Under the pieces are notes generated by a model. The model saw only the letters and a list, made by a program, of their open reading frames with translations, made no database searches and was not told the DNA's origin. A stretch of DNA of 64,000 bases, taken from Candidatus Heimdallarchaeum endolithica (GTDB taxonomy: Archaea; Asgardarchaeota; Heimdallarchaeia; Heimdallarchaeales; Heimdallarchaeaceae). The position numbers and the translations under genes were made by a program. Location: assembly GCA_021513715.1 (NCBI GenBank), contig CP084167.1:1824001-1888000 (forward strand). Reading direction: 5' to 3'. This document shows positions 17,916 through 28,910 of the stretch, in pieces. The stretch's first letter is position 1; each line of letters begins with the position of its first letter.

Positions 17916-19079
17916 ATGAACAGAGTTTTTATTATCGGAGTAGGTCTAACGAAATTTGGAAAGCATGAACAGTTAAGTACAAGGGATCTTTTTTTTCATG
18001 CTTCAAAAAAAGCTATCGCAGATGCGAAAATAGATATTAATGAAATCGATGGAATATATTTTGGGAATCTTTCTTCTGACAGATTTGAACACCAAGCTCA
18101 CACAGCAGCAATTAATGCATCTAATATTTCTTTTCGTCATCTTCCTTCTACAAGAATAGAAGATGCATGTGCTTCAGGAGGAGTGGCAGTAGCACAAGCT
18201 TACTTAGCAATAAAATCAGGGCTTCATGACACTGTTCTTGTAGCTGGAGCAGAAAAAATGACTAATCTAAGCACACCAGAAGTTACAGATGTTTTAGGTA
18301 CATGTGCAGATGATATATACGAACTCCCCCACGGTATAACATTTCCAGGCTTGTATGCATTAATGGCAAGAGCACACATGCACAAATATGGTACTACAAG
18401 AGAACAAATGTCAATGGTTGCAGTAAAGAACCACTTTAATGCTTTAAAAAACCCTTATGCTCAATTTCACAAAGAAATAACGTTAGAAAAAGCAATGAAC
18501 TCCATTATTGTTTCAGATCCATTAAATTTGTATGATTGCTCCCCTATTACTGACGGAGGCGCTGCAATTATATTAACCTCTGAAGAAAAAATAAAAAATC
18601 TTGATGTTAGTCCTGTTGAAATTGTAGGTGTTGGGCAAGCTTCTGATTCTATTAGTTTAGCCAACAGAAAATCACTTACAAGCATTGAAGCAAATAAAAT
18701 TGCAGCAAAACGAGCTTATAATATGGCTCAGATTACTCCAAAAAACATTGATATTGCTGAAGTACATGACTGTTTTACCATTGCCGAAATAATTAATATT
18801 GAAGATTTAGGCTTTTTTGAAGAAGGAAAAGGAGGAAAAGCAGTTGAAGAAGGAACAACAGCAATTGATGGTGATTTGCCAATAAATACAGATGGAGGAT
18901 TAAAAGCTAAAGGACACCCTATTGGTGCTACAGGAGTTGCACAGATTATCGAATTGGTTCACCAGATCAGAGGAACAGCAGAAAATAGGCAACTAAATGG
19001 TATAAAATATGGACTTGCTCAAAATATGGGGGGCTCTGGAGCAACTAGTGTAGTAAACATTCTTAAGGAGGTTGATTAG
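17916..19079 (+). CDS. Thiolase (acetyl-CoA acetyltransferase, archaeal type)
   Basis: EDACASG, GAEKM, EVHDCF, KGHPIGATG, QNMGG. Confidence 0.95.
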   Translation: MNRVFIIGVGLTKFGKHEQLSTRDLFFHASKKAIADAKIDINEIDGIYFGNLSSDRFEHQAHTAAINASNISFRHLPSTRIEDACASGGVAVAQAYLAIKSGLHDTVLVAGAEKMTNLSTPEVTDVLGTCADDIYELPHGITFPGLYALMARAHMHKYGTTREQMSMVAVKNHFNALKNPYAQFHKEITLEKAMNSIIVSDPLNLYDCSPITDGGAAIILTSEEKIKNLDVSPVEIVGVGQASDSISLANRKSLTSIEANKIAAKRAYNMAQITPKNIDIAEVHDCFTIAEIINIEDLGFFEEGKGGKAVEEGTTAIDGDLPINTDGGLKAKGHPIGATGVAQIIELVHQIRGTAENRQLNGIKYGLAQNMGGSGATSVVNILKEVD

Positions 19080-19080
19080 A

Positions 19081-19452
19081 GTGGAGTCAATTCTAAATAG
19101 TTTTATTGAAGGATTAAAAAACGAGAAAATTCTATATAATCGATGTAATCAGTGTAAGAAAAATTTTCTTCCACCAACTTATCACTGTCCTACTTGTGGG
19201 AATGACAAATTAGAAATAAAGGAAGCTCAAAAAGAGGGTACAATCGAAACTTTTACTGTTGTTCATGTTGCTCCAACAGACTTTGTCAAAGAAGCTCCAT
19301 ATATAGTAGGAATAGTTCAACTCAACGATGATTTAAGGATAATGGCACGTATTAAAAGTACACAAAATGAGAATATAAATGTAGGAGACAAAGTAAAAGC
19401 AGCATTTGATAAAAAAAAGCAAGATGCATCTATTCTGTTCTTTACTTTTTAG
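19081..19452 (+). CDS. DUF35 Zn-ribbon/OB-fold thiolase partner
   Basis: CNQC...PP..CPTC, GTIETFT, PY.VG.V; directly follows the thiolase. Confidence 0.9.
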   Translation: MESILNSFIEGLKNEKILYNRCNQCKKNFLPPTYHCPTCGNDKLEIKEAQKEGTIETFTVVHVAPTDFVKEAPYIVGIVQLNDDLRIMARIKSTQNENINVGDKVKAAFDKKKQDASILFFTF

Positions 19453-19455
19453 ATT

Positions 19456-19854
19456 TTATATTTCTCCAACTAACTTTAATCCTTTTTTTCCAACCAACGT
19501 TACATACAAGAGTCCTTCTTTATGAAGTCTTTTTCTCAGATTGACATCTGTTGTTGCTACAATTCCATCATATTCTTTTGCTAGGCGAACTAATTCATCA
19601 TCAGTGTGTCCTTCAGTTCTTGAAGGTATAATTTCGAATTTTTGAGCAATCGCTAGAGCCAACCTTGCTTTATTTTGCACAGATGGTTTTCCGTTCTCTA
19701 CTAAGTTTTGCAGTTCTTTTATTACAATCTCTGGAATAACAACTTTAGAAGAAAAAGGTAAAGATTCTATTTGTCCTAAATTTAATTTTTTCTCGGCTGG
19801 TAACATCAAAATACAGCTATCTAGAAATACTAACCGCTTTTTTACTGAAATCAT
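19456..19854 (-). CDS. PIN-domain protein (Fcf1/Utp24-like)
   Basis: LDS, VIKEL, TDD, ATTD..LRKR; conserved neighbour of aIF2-gamma. Confidence 0.85.
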   Translation of the reverse strand: MISVKKRLVFLDSCILMLPAEKKLNLGQIESLPFSSKVVIPEIVIKELQNLVENGKPSVQNKARLALAIAQKFEIIPSRTEGHTDDELVRLAKEYDGIVATTDVNLRKRLHKEGLLYVTLVGKKGLKLVGEI

Positions 19855-21134
19855 TTGTCATCAATTATTTCTCCAACTCCAATTAGACGGAACCTTCTTT
19901 GTATCCTTCGAGATATTGCAACTTTTTCTTTAACTCGAGAAGATATTTCTCTTGTTAACTTAACCTTGACCCATTCTCCTTTAATTTCTGTAATTACACC
20001 AGCAGTTTTTGCTGTCCCCACATTTAACATTAAAGTTTCATTTTTAGCTAATGGTTGTACTTCTGTAATTTCTTCCGAACCCACCACATACTTCATCAGT
20101 TGAACTTTCATTGTTAATTCGCTAAGAATTGGGGGTGAATGACCCGGAGATGTAACAATATTTCCAGACATCTTATCCGCCCTAGCAAAAGAGGGATCAA
20201 GATCTGTTCCTAATCCGACTAGACCACCAGAATGAGCAACATCTGTAAAACCTTGATCTCCTATTGCAATGCTTACCACTTTGGTTTTTATTGGAACATA
20301 TTCAGTTTTTTTACCTTTTTTAAGAGAAAGGCCTGGCACGATCTCAATTTCATCGCCAACCCTTACTACACCACTTTTAATGGAACCACCTAAAACTGCT
20401 CCTCTGAGTTTTTTAGGTTTTGTTCCTGGGCGATTAATGTCAAAGGAACGTGCAACGTGCATTTCAAACGGACTTTCTTCATCAATTTTAGGACTAGGTA
20501 TATTTTCTTCAATTGCTTTGATAAGCAGATCTAAATTTGCTTTATGCATTGCACTAATGGGAATAATGGGAGCGTTTTCAGCTATTGTCCCTTTTATAAA
20601 ATCTTTTATTTGTTGATAATTTTTCTTTGCTTGCTCTTCAGATACAAGTTCAATTTTGTTTTGAGCAATTACAATATTTGAGATACCTAAAATTTCCATT
20701 GCAGCTAGATGTTCTCGTGTTTGAGGTTGAGGACACTCAGTATTAGCCGCAATAAGTAAAATTGCACCATCCATTATATTTGCTCCAGAAAGTAGGGTTG
20801 CCATAAGAATTTCATGTCCTGGACAATCAACAAAAGAGACTTTTCGTAATAATTCTGTTTCAACATTATGTACAGGGCATATTTTTTCTGTTGTGTAACA
20901 CTCAGGATCACCACATTGAGGACACTTTCGAAATTCTGCATCTGCATATCCGAGTCTTATGGAAATCCCTCTTTTTAACTCTTCTGAGTGAGTATCAGGA
21001 AATTTTCCAGAAAGAGCTTGAACTAGCGTTGATTTACCATTATCTACATGTCCAATTGTCCCAATGTTTACTTCGGCTTGGACAATAGTTTCACTCTTTT
21101 TATTAGACGGTGTGTTCTTTTGTTCTTTGCTCAT
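19851..21134 (-). CDS. eif2g: Translation initiation factor aIF2 gamma subunit
   Basis: GHVDNGKS, EELKRGISIRLGY, DCPGHE, QPQTREH, NKIE, ARSFDINRPG. Confidence 0.97.
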   Translation of the reverse strand: MSKEQKNTPSNKKSETIVQAEVNIGTIGHVDNGKSTLVQALSGKFPDTHSEELKRGISIRLGYADAEFRKCPQCGDPECYTTEKICPVHNVETELLRKVSFVDCPGHEILMATLLSGANIMDGAILLIAANTECPQPQTREHLAAMEILGISNIVIAQNKIELVSEEQAKKNYQQIKDFIKGTIAENAPIIPISAMHKANLDLLIKAIEENIPSPKIDEESPFEMHVARSFDINRPGTKPKKLRGAVLGGSIKSGVVRVGDEIEIVPGLSLKKGKKTEYVPIKTKVVSIAIGDQGFTDVAHSGGLVGLGTDLDPSFARADKMSGNIVTSPGHSPPILSELTMKVQLMKYVVGSEEITEVQPLAKNETLMLNVGTAKTAGVITEIKGEWVKVKLTREISSRVKEKVAISRRIQRRFRLIGVGEIIDDK

Positions 21135-21213
21135 CTTAAGTCCTTATTATCTACTGGATTAATATAGTTAATGGTGTTAAACCATGCTAAATTTTTGTTT
21201 ACATATTTTATTG

Positions 21214-21255
21214 AACAGTCAAATACAAAAAATAAACAGTCGAATACAAAAAATA
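21214..21255. repeat. 21-bp tandem duplication aacagtcRaatacaaaaaata upstream of aIF2-gamma
   Basis: Copies at 21214-21234 and 21235-21255, one mismatch. Confidence 0.8.
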
Positions 21256-21646
21256 GGAAAATACATGAAAAGAAAAAAAAATAATACGTATCGAATAATG
21301 ATTTCCAATTATCATACAAAAACAGCAACAAAAAAAATAAACAACTTTATTCTTGAACTAATATAGAGATATTCACTAATTTTTAATCATAGATTTAATA
21401 GATAGTCAACGTGTGTTTCAGCCCTTCAATTTTAAAAAATGCAATATTACAAACATAGTGCAAGAATATAAACACCAACAATAATTATTATTTTTTTCTT
21501 GTAAAAAACAGATGCAAGATAAAAAATTTCACGAGTTATGGCATTTTTACTAGTTTAAACTATTTAAACCAGCGTTTTTGGTAAAAGGATTTAAAAAGAC
21601 AACTGAAAACGTTAATTTAACCTACAAAAAGGGATGTATCTGAAAA

Positions 21647-21907
21647 ATGGCAATTTCTTCAGGAACAACAAACCTAAAGTTAGATACGCAAAAGATTGAA
21701 CTGCTAGAAAAGCTACCTCCAAGTGCAAGAAGAGTTTTTAAGATTGTGAAAGAAAAAGGCCCAATTACGAGCGCAGAAATCGTAGAAATTTGCAATTTAG
21801 CGCCACGAACCGTTCGACATGGACTCAAGCTGCTTGTAAGAGCTGGTCTAATAGAAAAACTACCGCACTTACTAGATATGAGATCAAGTAAATTTTATTG
21901 TGACTAA
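21647..21907 (+). CDS. Winged helix-turn-helix transcriptional regulator
   Basis: LPPSARRVF...GPIT..EI...L.PRTVRHGL..L...GLI..DMR. Confidence 0.85.
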   Translation: MAISSGTTNLKLDTQKIELLEKLPPSARRVFKIVKEKGPITSAEIVEICNLAPRTVRHGLKLLVRAGLIEKLPHLLDMRSSKFYCD

Positions 21908-22055
21908 ATCTATTAAGTCAATCTTTTTATTTTCGTTTTTAATATCGATTTCTGTTTTCTCTATTAGAAATGTACTTACGGGTACTCAAGAGTTTTTTCA
22001 ATTTAAGTGGTTGATTTTTTCAAAAAGCTTTAATTTGATTAAGTTTCAATTTAAA

Positions 22056-23261
22056 ATGAATATCATGTTAATAGGAATTGTAGGAAAACCAAGTGCTGGA
22101 AAAAGTACATTTCTCAATGCACTTACAATGGTTGGAGCTAAAACTGGCTCTTATCCCTTTACGACTATTGAACCAAATAGAGGAACTGCTTATGTAAGAA
22201 CAAAATGCAAATGTACAGAATTAGGTGTCAAAGATAATCCAAGAAATAGCATCTGTGAAAATGGTTTTCGATTTTTACCTATTCAATTTTTAGATGTTGC
22301 GGGTCTTGTTCCAGGTGCATCTGAAGGAAGGGGATTGGGAAATAAATTCTTAGACGATTTACGCCAAGCCGATTTGTTGATTCATGTTGTTGATGCAAGT
22401 GGGTCATTAGATGCTGAAGGGAATCAAGTTAATAAAGGAAGCTGGGATCCATTGAAAGATGTTTCGTTTTTAGAGGATGAAATAGATTCTTGGATTAAAA
22501 ACATAATTACTCGTGATTATATAGGAATGAAAAAGAAGGCTGAAGCAGAAAAGATAAGGTTATCAAAGTTATTAACTGAAAAACTTTCTGGATTAAAGAT
22601 TTCTCCTTCTGATATTTCATCGTCTATCTTCGAATCAGATATCATTGATGATGACCCTAAAACATGGGATGAAAATTTGGATAATCTTGTTACCATAATT
22701 CGAAAAAAATCCAAGCCTATAATCGTAGTAGCAAACAAGATTGATCAAGAAACAGCACACGAAAATTATGAAAGAATGAAAGAAATTCTTAAAAAAGATG
22801 TTTTTCCTGCTTCTGCACTTTCTGAGGTCGTATTAAGGTCAGAGCAAGAGAAGGGTACTATTAGTTATACCCCTGGAGATTCAGATTTTAAAATATTAGA
22901 TGAAGAAAAATTAGGGAAGAAGAAGGAAATTTTGTTAAAGATAAAACATGAAATTTTAGAGAGATATGGATCAACTGGTATTCAAAAAATACTAAATTAT
23001 ATTGTATTTGATAAAATGAAAATGATTGTTGTATATCCTGTCGAAGATTTAACAAAGTACACTGACAAAGATGGAAATGTCCTACCTGATGCTTTTTTAG
23101 TACCGAAAGGGACTACAACTATTGAGTTTGCAGGAAAAATACATTCTGATTTTGCGAAAAACTTCATCAATGGACAACTTGCCCCCTCAGGAAGAAGAGT
23201 AGGAGCAGATTATGAATTACAAAACAACGATGTAATAAAAATAAATGCAGCAGTAAAATAA
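22056..23261 (+). CDS. ychF: Obg-family translation-associated GTPase/ATPase (archaeal YchF type) with TGS domain
   Basis: [35 protein letters not shown]; true start likely 22056 or 22065 rather than 21900. Confidence 0.92.
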   Translation: MNIMLIGIVGKPSAGKSTFLNALTMVGAKTGSYPFTTIEPNRGTAYVRTKCKCTELGVKDNPRNSICENGFRFLPIQFLDVAGLVPGASEGRGLGNKFLDDLRQADLLIHVVDASGSLDAEGNQVNKGSWDPLKDVSFLEDEIDSWIKNIITRDYIGMKKKAEAEKIRLSKLLTEKLSGLKISPSDISSSIFESDIIDDDPKTWDENLDNLVTIIRKKSKPIIVVANKIDQETAHENYERMKEILKKDVFPASALSEVVLRSEQEKGTISYTPGDSDFKILDEEKLGKKKEILLKIKHEILERYGSTGIQKILNYIVFDKMKMIVVYPVEDLTKYTDKDGNVLPDAFLVPKGTTTIEFAGKIHSDFAKNFINGQLAPSGRRVGADYELQNNDVIKINAAVK

Positions 23262-23322
23262 ACTTATTGCAATATGACAAGTAAATAAGAAAGGAATAAG
23301 AAAAAAATCATAAGTAAAGTCT

Positions 23323-25620
23323 TTAAAGTTCATAATCATGTGTATGAAACATTACATCACGGTTTACAGCTGCTTTAAACATCTGTAGAAGTAATTCATT
23401 GTCTGTTCTAATTGCTACAGGTACAGCATCAGGCACCAAAAATGCAAAGATTGCTTCGTCAAAACCATCCTTAATACCACAAAAAACATCCTTTTTGTCG
23501 TATTGTCTTAATTTCAGACCTACAAAGCGTTCTTTTAAGTTTATCAAGGCATTTCTAAATTTTCCTGAAGAAAAGTCAGAAACTAGTGTTACTCTATTTG
23601 CTTTTGTAAACATCGCCATTTCTTCCAACAAAGATTCTTCTAAGTATGGTGTTATTACCAACAACTCCCTACTAGCCCGCATACTTAAATCAGTTAAACT
23701 TGCTAGAATTGCTTCCTCACCAACTATCACCGACACATTATGATGTCCTTTGATGTTAACAGAATTTGCGGCTTTATCGATCTGTTTTAATTCATCTTCT
23801 CTTGTATTTATCACTTGATAATATGCAGATGCTTTTTCTCGCAATGATGCTAATTTTTCCATTATTGCTTCATCAACATCCTTAATAACAGAAGCAACTT
23901 GAGCCACAATAGTGTCAATTTGTACTTCTTCTGCTTCAATTATTTTGGATGTAAGTTGCTCCTTTATTTTTTCTGTTTTTTCTTCCATAATTTTCATATC
24001 ATCATTTATATGGTTTGCAATTTCTTCTTTAGTTTTTATTACTTTATTGGCAAAGTCTTTATCAAAGACTGCAAGTTTTTCTTTAAAATCTCCACCAATT
24101 TTTTGGATATCTTCTTTTGTTTTATTTAGTTCCGTATTTACTTCATTCTTGAAATCAATCATAGTCTTAGAATGCTCATCATGGAATTGTTGGATATTTC
24201 CTATAATATTAGAAGACGTATTATCCATACTTTCAGAAATAGTTTTAATTAAATTTGAACTTACCTCTTTACATGAATCGTAAGAAGATAAAACATATTT
24301 CTCGACTTCATTTTGAATTTTATTCAAAAGTTCATCAGGTAGAAGTTCTGTTTTCTCAGTTGTTTCTGCTATAATTTGACTCTTTTTTGTTTTAATACTA
24401 GTTGCTCCATTCAATTGGAAATGATCTATTTTCTCGCGCAATTTGTCCTTTGTTTCATTAATTTTTAAAACATGTTGATCAACTATTTGAAGACCACTTT
24501 CTGAGAAATTATTTGCAAGAGATCTCATACCATCTCTTACTTCTTGTAATTTTTCGATTAAAGGACTTGCTTTCTTTTTCTTCAAGTCTTCTGCTAGGTG
24601 TAAAGCATCGACTATAGTAGAAGAAAGTTTGTTAATATTTCTATCAATTTGTTCTACTGATCTTCTTAATTCCTGTGTTTGGCGAGTTTGCTCTGTTAAG
24701 ATAACATTAATATTTTGTTGTAATGATTCAGCCAATATACGACTTTCCTTAACCCAAGCTTCAAATGTATCTTCCCATATCCCTCTATATTTTTTCAGGA
24801 ATTCTTCTTGCAATTCATTTGCATAGTTTAAATGTTCTTTTAAAACATTATCAAGTTCTGGAGCAAATTTGTCCAGAAAATCTTTATGATTTTCTGTATG
24901 TGATTCAAGCCCATTTTTTAAGATTTTGAATAATTCTGAAAAGTCAACTGAAAGCTGCTGTTCAATATTATTTTTATTCAACTCACTTCTTTTTTTTGCA
25001 GAATGTTCAAATTGTTTAATAAAAGCATCTAATTCTTTTAAATAAGATTCCATTCTAAGGGAGATAGCAATTGATTGATTTTGTGCTTCAGCTATTTCTT
25101 TAGAGATCAGGTTAACTGTTTCATCAAGAATTTTAAATGATTCATTTTCAATTGTTTCTGACATTTCAACAAACTGGGAGTTAACAGAATCAGTAAGTTG
25201 TTTTATTAATCCACTAACGATATGAATATCAAATATATGTTCATCACTTGAGTTATCTAATTTACCACCAAACTGTTTCCTTTTCTCTTGATAGGATGTT
25301 GCATCTTTTTTTAAGCTGTTTATTATTCCTTCAATAGCATATAAGGTGTCACGTTCGACTGTAATGTATTGTTTCAAAAATGGAAAAACGGCTAGATATT
25401 GTGGAGTTAAACCTTTAATTTTTTTAAGAAAACCAATTTCTTCTAGGTTTTTTACTGATTGAACTGTTGATAGAGCGTCTAATTGAGTTATAACCATGAT
25501 TTCGCCTATCGTTGCTTTCCCCAATCCAAGTACTGTTGTATATATCTTTATATCATTTTCATTTAAACCAATTCTGGTTAATAATGGAGGTAATATGTTA
25601 ACATCACTCATTTGTTTCAC
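23323..25620 (-). CDS. TrmB-like HTH + very long coiled-coil + C-terminal PLD-like/TrmB effector-type domain protein
   Basis: N-terminus GLNENDIKIY..GEI..LEEIGFL; about 500 aa helical rod; C-terminus ASRELLVITPY. Confidence 0.7.
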   Translation of the reverse strand: MKQMSDVNILPPLLTRIGLNENDIKIYTTVLGLGKATIGEIMVITQLDALSTVQSVKNLEEIGFLKKIKGLTPQYLAVFPFLKQYITVERDTLYAIEGIINSLKKDATSYQEKRKQFGGKLDNSSDEHIFDIHIVSGLIKQLTDSVNSQFVEMSETIENESFKILDETVNLISKEIAEAQNQSIAISLRMESYLKELDAFIKQFEHSAKKRSELNKNNIEQQLSVDFSELFKILKNGLESHTENHKDFLDKFAPELDNVLKEHLNYANELQEEFLKKYRGIWEDTFEAWVKESRILAESLQQNINVILTEQTRQTQELRRSVEQIDRNINKLSSTIVDALHLAEDLKKKKASPLIEKLQEVRDGMRSLANNFSESGLQIVDQHVLKINETKDKLREKIDHFQLNGATSIKTKKSQIIAETTEKTELLPDELLNKIQNEVEKYVLSSYDSCKEVSSNLIKTISESMDNTSSNIIGNIQQFHDEHSKTMIDFKNEVNTELNKTKEDIQKIGGDFKEKLAVFDKDFANKVIKTKEEIANHINDDMKIMEEKTEKIKEQLTSKIIEAEEVQIDTIVAQVASVIKDVDEAIMEKLASLREKASAYYQVINTREDELKQIDKAANSVNIKGHHNVSVIVGEEAILASLTDLSMRASRELLVITPYLEESLLEEMAMFTKANRVTLVSDFSSGKFRNALINLKERFVGLKLRQYDKKDVFCGIKDGFDEAIFAFLVPDAVPVAIRTDNELLLQMFKAAVNRDVMFHTHDYEL

Positions 25621-25824
25621 TCACATATAAATTAAATTTTATTTATTTTTTATCTCTAATGTCATACTAAGCAGTATAGATTTTAAATTTTTGTTCTCAA
25701 AAACAAAAAACAAGTTTAAAAAACTGTATATACTTTAACCTTTTACAATCTACTATCAACATCAGATAAATCAAAAAATGTAACAAAAACAAAAAATGTA
25801 AACAAAAAATGGGATAAGGAAAAG

Positions 25825-26388
25825 CTAAGCATATAATTTTTCATAGAAAAGTACAATGTTTTTTAGCAGAGTTTTAAATGCTTCATCAACGTTTTCACCT
25901 GTCTTTGCTGAAGTTTCAATGTATGGAACTGCAAAGCCTGACCAAGATGATAATGATCTTGCATATTCTTCTGCTTGTTCCCGTAATATTGGGTCTTTTG
26001 CTGTTTCTCTTAAATCAGATTTATTTCCAATTAAAACAATTGGTACTACACGATTATGATTATTTTTTAATAATTCTGCAATCCATGCAGGTATATTCTC
26101 AAATGATGACCTGCGAGAAATATCAAAAACAAGCAGACAACCAGATGTCCCACGATAATAAACTTCGCGTACTGCAGAAAATCGTTGTTGTCCAGCTAAG
26201 TCCCATATTTGTGCCACGAAATCTTGTTGATCTATTTTTAATCTTTTTACTGCAAAATCTGCACCAATTGTCATGCTATATCCTTCTTTAAATCCCTCTC
26301 CCAAGTATGTTTTTCTGAGTGATGTTTTCCCTACAGCACCGTCACCGAGTAATGTTACTTTGAAAATTTTTCGCTGTGATGAACTCAT
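25825..26388 (-). CDS. Rab/Ras-like small GTPase
   Basis: GDGAVGKTS, TIGADF, WDLAGQ, YYRG, NKSD, ETSAK; no C-terminal CAAX/CC. Confidence 0.95.
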   Translation of the reverse strand: MSSSQRKIFKVTLLGDGAVGKTSLRKTYLGEGFKEGYSMTIGADFAVKRLKIDQQDFVAQIWDLAGQQRFSAVREVYYRGTSGCLLVFDISRRSSFENIPAWIAELLKNNHNRVVPIVLIGNKSDLRETAKDPILREQAEEYARSLSSWSGFAVPYIETSAKTGENVDEAFKTLLKNIVLFYEKLYA

Positions 26389-26601
26389 TATTTATTCCCC
26401 AATTAACTCCAATTAGTAATGACTAAATTAGCACTATAAATTAATTACTTTGTAATGCTTTAAATATTTTGCTTACTAGGAAAAGTTTTTCAAACTGATA
26501 ACAAAAAAAAAATCAAATTTTAAAAACTACAACTTAAAAAAATAAGAAATTTATCAAAACAAGATAATTAAGCTTAAAAGTTACTGAAAAAAGTGAAAAA
26601 C

Positions 26602-27261
26602 ATGAATAATATTGCTAATATCGTTCTTGAAAGACTTTTAGAACATTATGATATTAAAACAAAGAAGTTTTTACAGAATTATTCAACTCCTTTTCAGCTA
26701 TTAGTTGCAGCTTTATTAAGTGCACAAAGCACAGATAAACAAGTAAATAATGTTACAAAAAAACTCTTTGAAAAATTCCCTGACCCAAAATCTTTTGCAA
26801 GTTCAGCTCCAAAAGAGATAGAACAATATATTAAAAGCGTAGGTCTGTATAAAAATAAAGCCAAGAATATCTATGATCTTTCTAATGTTTTAGTAAACGA
26901 ATATAATTCAGCAATACCTAAAACAATTTCAGACTTAATCAAATTACCAGGTATTGGAAGAAAGACTGCTAATGTTGTCTTAAATGATTGGTTTAAAATA
27001 AATGAAGGAATAGCAGTAGACACTCATGTACAGAGAATTAGTTATCGTATAGGTTTAACAAAAAACACCAACCCAAGAAAAATAGAACATGACTTGATGC
27101 TTCTTTTTCCAAAAGATAGTTGGGATATCATAACTCGATTATTTATTTCTCATGGGAGAGAGATTTGTTTAGCTCGTAATCCAAAGTGTAATATATGTTT
27201 TTTAAACGATATTTGTCAAAAAAACATTATCAAAAAAACATTGTCAAAGAAGAGAAATTAA
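26602..27261 (+). CDS. nth: Endonuclease III
   Basis: LSAQSTD, LPGIGRKTA, VDTHV, C.ARNPKC..C.L...C Fe-S motif. Confidence 0.95.
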   Translation: MNNIANIVLERLLEHYDIKTKKFLQNYSTPFQLLVAALLSAQSTDKQVNNVTKKLFEKFPDPKSFASSAPKEIEQYIKSVGLYKNKAKNIYDLSNVLVNEYNSAIPKTISDLIKLPGIGRKTANVVLNDWFKINEGIAVDTHVQRISYRIGLTKNTNPRKIEHDLMLLFPKDSWDIITRLFISHGREICLARNPKCNICFLNDICQKNIIKKTLSKKRN

Positions 27262-27284
27262 GCAAAAAAAAGAAAATAACATTG

Positions 27285-28043
27285 CTAAATAACTGTTGTA
27301 TCAAAATTTGGGTCTAGTTCTACTGTATCATCCTCTTTAAGTTGTACTATCTTTATTTCCTCTAATTCTTTAAGATACTGTTTTGTTTGGCTTAAGGAAA
27401 TACCTAACACAAAAGACAACTGCATTTGAGAAATTGATTGTAACTGCTTCAACATACTTATAATTTTATATCTTGGATCCGTAGAAACTAGTTTTTGTGT
27501 TATCTCTTTAACTTTATTCCATTGTTCTTTTTCTTCTATTATATTATTCAACTCTTTTTCGATTTCAGATTTTTTCACTGAAAGAGCAACTACTTGATCA
27601 GACAATTCATAGATTAGTTGTTCGCGTTCTTCTAGCATGCTAACAAGTCTAGAGATATATTCCTTTTGTTCATCAACGATAGAATACTGCTCCTCTTGAT
27701 TTAAAGTTTCTTCTTGTTTTTTGTACTTCGTTCTATCAATATCTAGCTCTTTTAACAATTTCTCTTTTTCATCAATATCTGAAGAACTATAGAAAAGAGT
27801 AATTAACCTATAGAATTCCGATTTTATTTCACTTAAGAGAAACTTGGTGGAACTATCAATTTGCTCTTTAATCATATCTACTACTGAAGCGATTTCAAAA
27901 GGAAGGCCATTGCTTGTACTTGTTTGAGAAATAGGTGTATGTTTTTTCAAATCTTCTTTTAAAGCTTGTATTTCATTGGACAATTTTATAATCTCAGTAA
28001 GGATTCTATCTTTTTCGTTATTTTTGTTTTCTTCTAGTGTCAT
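27285..28043 (-). CDS. Coiled-coil protein with C-terminal winged HTH
   Basis: Heptad-rich core; DPRYKII...LSFVLGISLSQTKQYLKELEEIKIV. Confidence 0.7.
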   Translation of the reverse strand: MTLEENKNNEKDRILTEIIKLSNEIQALKEDLKKHTPISQTSTSNGLPFEIASVVDMIKEQIDSSTKFLLSEIKSEFYRLITLFYSSSDIDEKEKLLKELDIDRTKYKKQEETLNQEEQYSIVDEQKEYISRLVSMLEEREQLIYELSDQVVALSVKKSEIEKELNNIIEEKEQWNKVKEITQKLVSTDPRYKIISMLKQLQSISQMQLSFVLGISLSQTKQYLKELEEIKIVQLKEDDTVELDPNFDTTVI

Positions 28044-28051
28044 TTTTCTCC

Positions 28052-28882
28052 CTATATCTTTGAGGTTGATTCTATCTTGAATCCTTCTTCTTCTGATGGA
28101 GAAACATCTAATACCTCACTTATGTATGCAACACCCATCAGTTTGCTTATTGAAAATGTGTCCCTTAACCTTGAACCAATTCTATCTCTCGTAAAATGAA
28201 AAATTCCTTGAGCATAATTTAAAATAATTTGTTCAGCAACAGGATTCAGAATATTTTGTGGGAGCAAAAAGAAGTGCACTCCACCCATTTTAGAAAACAT
28301 CTGAATTATTTCTTTCATAAAGCTAATCAGTGCATTATGATCATCATCTAGTTGATCTTCCTTTAACCATAAGAGGTCATCAAAAACGCTGAAACAATTT
28401 TTTTTCTGCGTTTCTTTAACATGCAGTATTTTTTCTATAATACGTTTAATATATGTTCTTCTTTTTACTTCTATTCTTCCAATTTTTAAAGAAGTAGTCG
28501 TGCTGCTAGCCATATCATACATATTTTCAAAGAAAAAAGATTTATCCTTAACACTCATTATATCCCAATTATAAGCAGTGTATGATTGTTTTACAAGTTC
28601 AAAAGGTTTACTGCTATGGACATAAAAAACACGGTTGAGATCAGTTTTTTGAGCCCAGTTAAGAACAATACGTTGTACAAATAATAGAGGAATTACTGAG
28701 GATGCAGGGTAAGAAACAACAATTACAGAACCTGAGGGAATACCTTGTCTTGCCGACATTTCCATACCTAATTTTTGATCTAAAGAACGAATCCCAGTTT
28801 TAATTAACCCTGTTGAAACAGTAGACTCTGCACCTACTTTACCTATTCGCTCAATGTTTCCTCTTGTGTTATTGAAACTCAT
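28052..28882 (-). CDS. KaiC/RecA-superfamily ATPase-like protein with degenerate Walker A
   Basis: KTGIRSLD...GIPSGSVIVV, then SYPASSVI in place of GxxGxGKT; VFDDL; ISKLMG; EGFKIE. Confidence 0.75.
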   Translation of the reverse strand: MSFNNTRGNIERIGKVGAESTVSTGLIKTGIRSLDQKLGMEMSARQGIPSGSVIVVSYPASSVIPLLFVQRIVLNWAQKTDLNRVFYVHSSKPFELVKQSYTAYNWDIMSVKDKSFFFENMYDMASSTTTSLKIGRIEVKRRTYIKRIIEKILHVKETQKKNCFSVFDDLLWLKEDQLDDDHNALISFMKEIIQMFSKMGGVHFFLLPQNILNPVAEQIILNYAQGIFHFTRDRIGSRLRDTFSISKLMGVAYISEVLDVSPSEEEGFKIESTSKI

Positions 28883-28910
28883 TTTCTAACCCCGCACAGA
28901 GTAGTTAATA

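Noticed and set aside
21131-21366. ORFs 21131-21331 (-) and 21184-21366 (+)
   Set aside because: Low-complexity AT-rich promoter region; the ORFs arise partly from a 21-bp duplication and show no protein motif
21900-22055. N-terminal extension of the YchF-like GTPase
   Set aside because: It reads through terminator- and promoter-like DNA; the family starts at M.IGIVG
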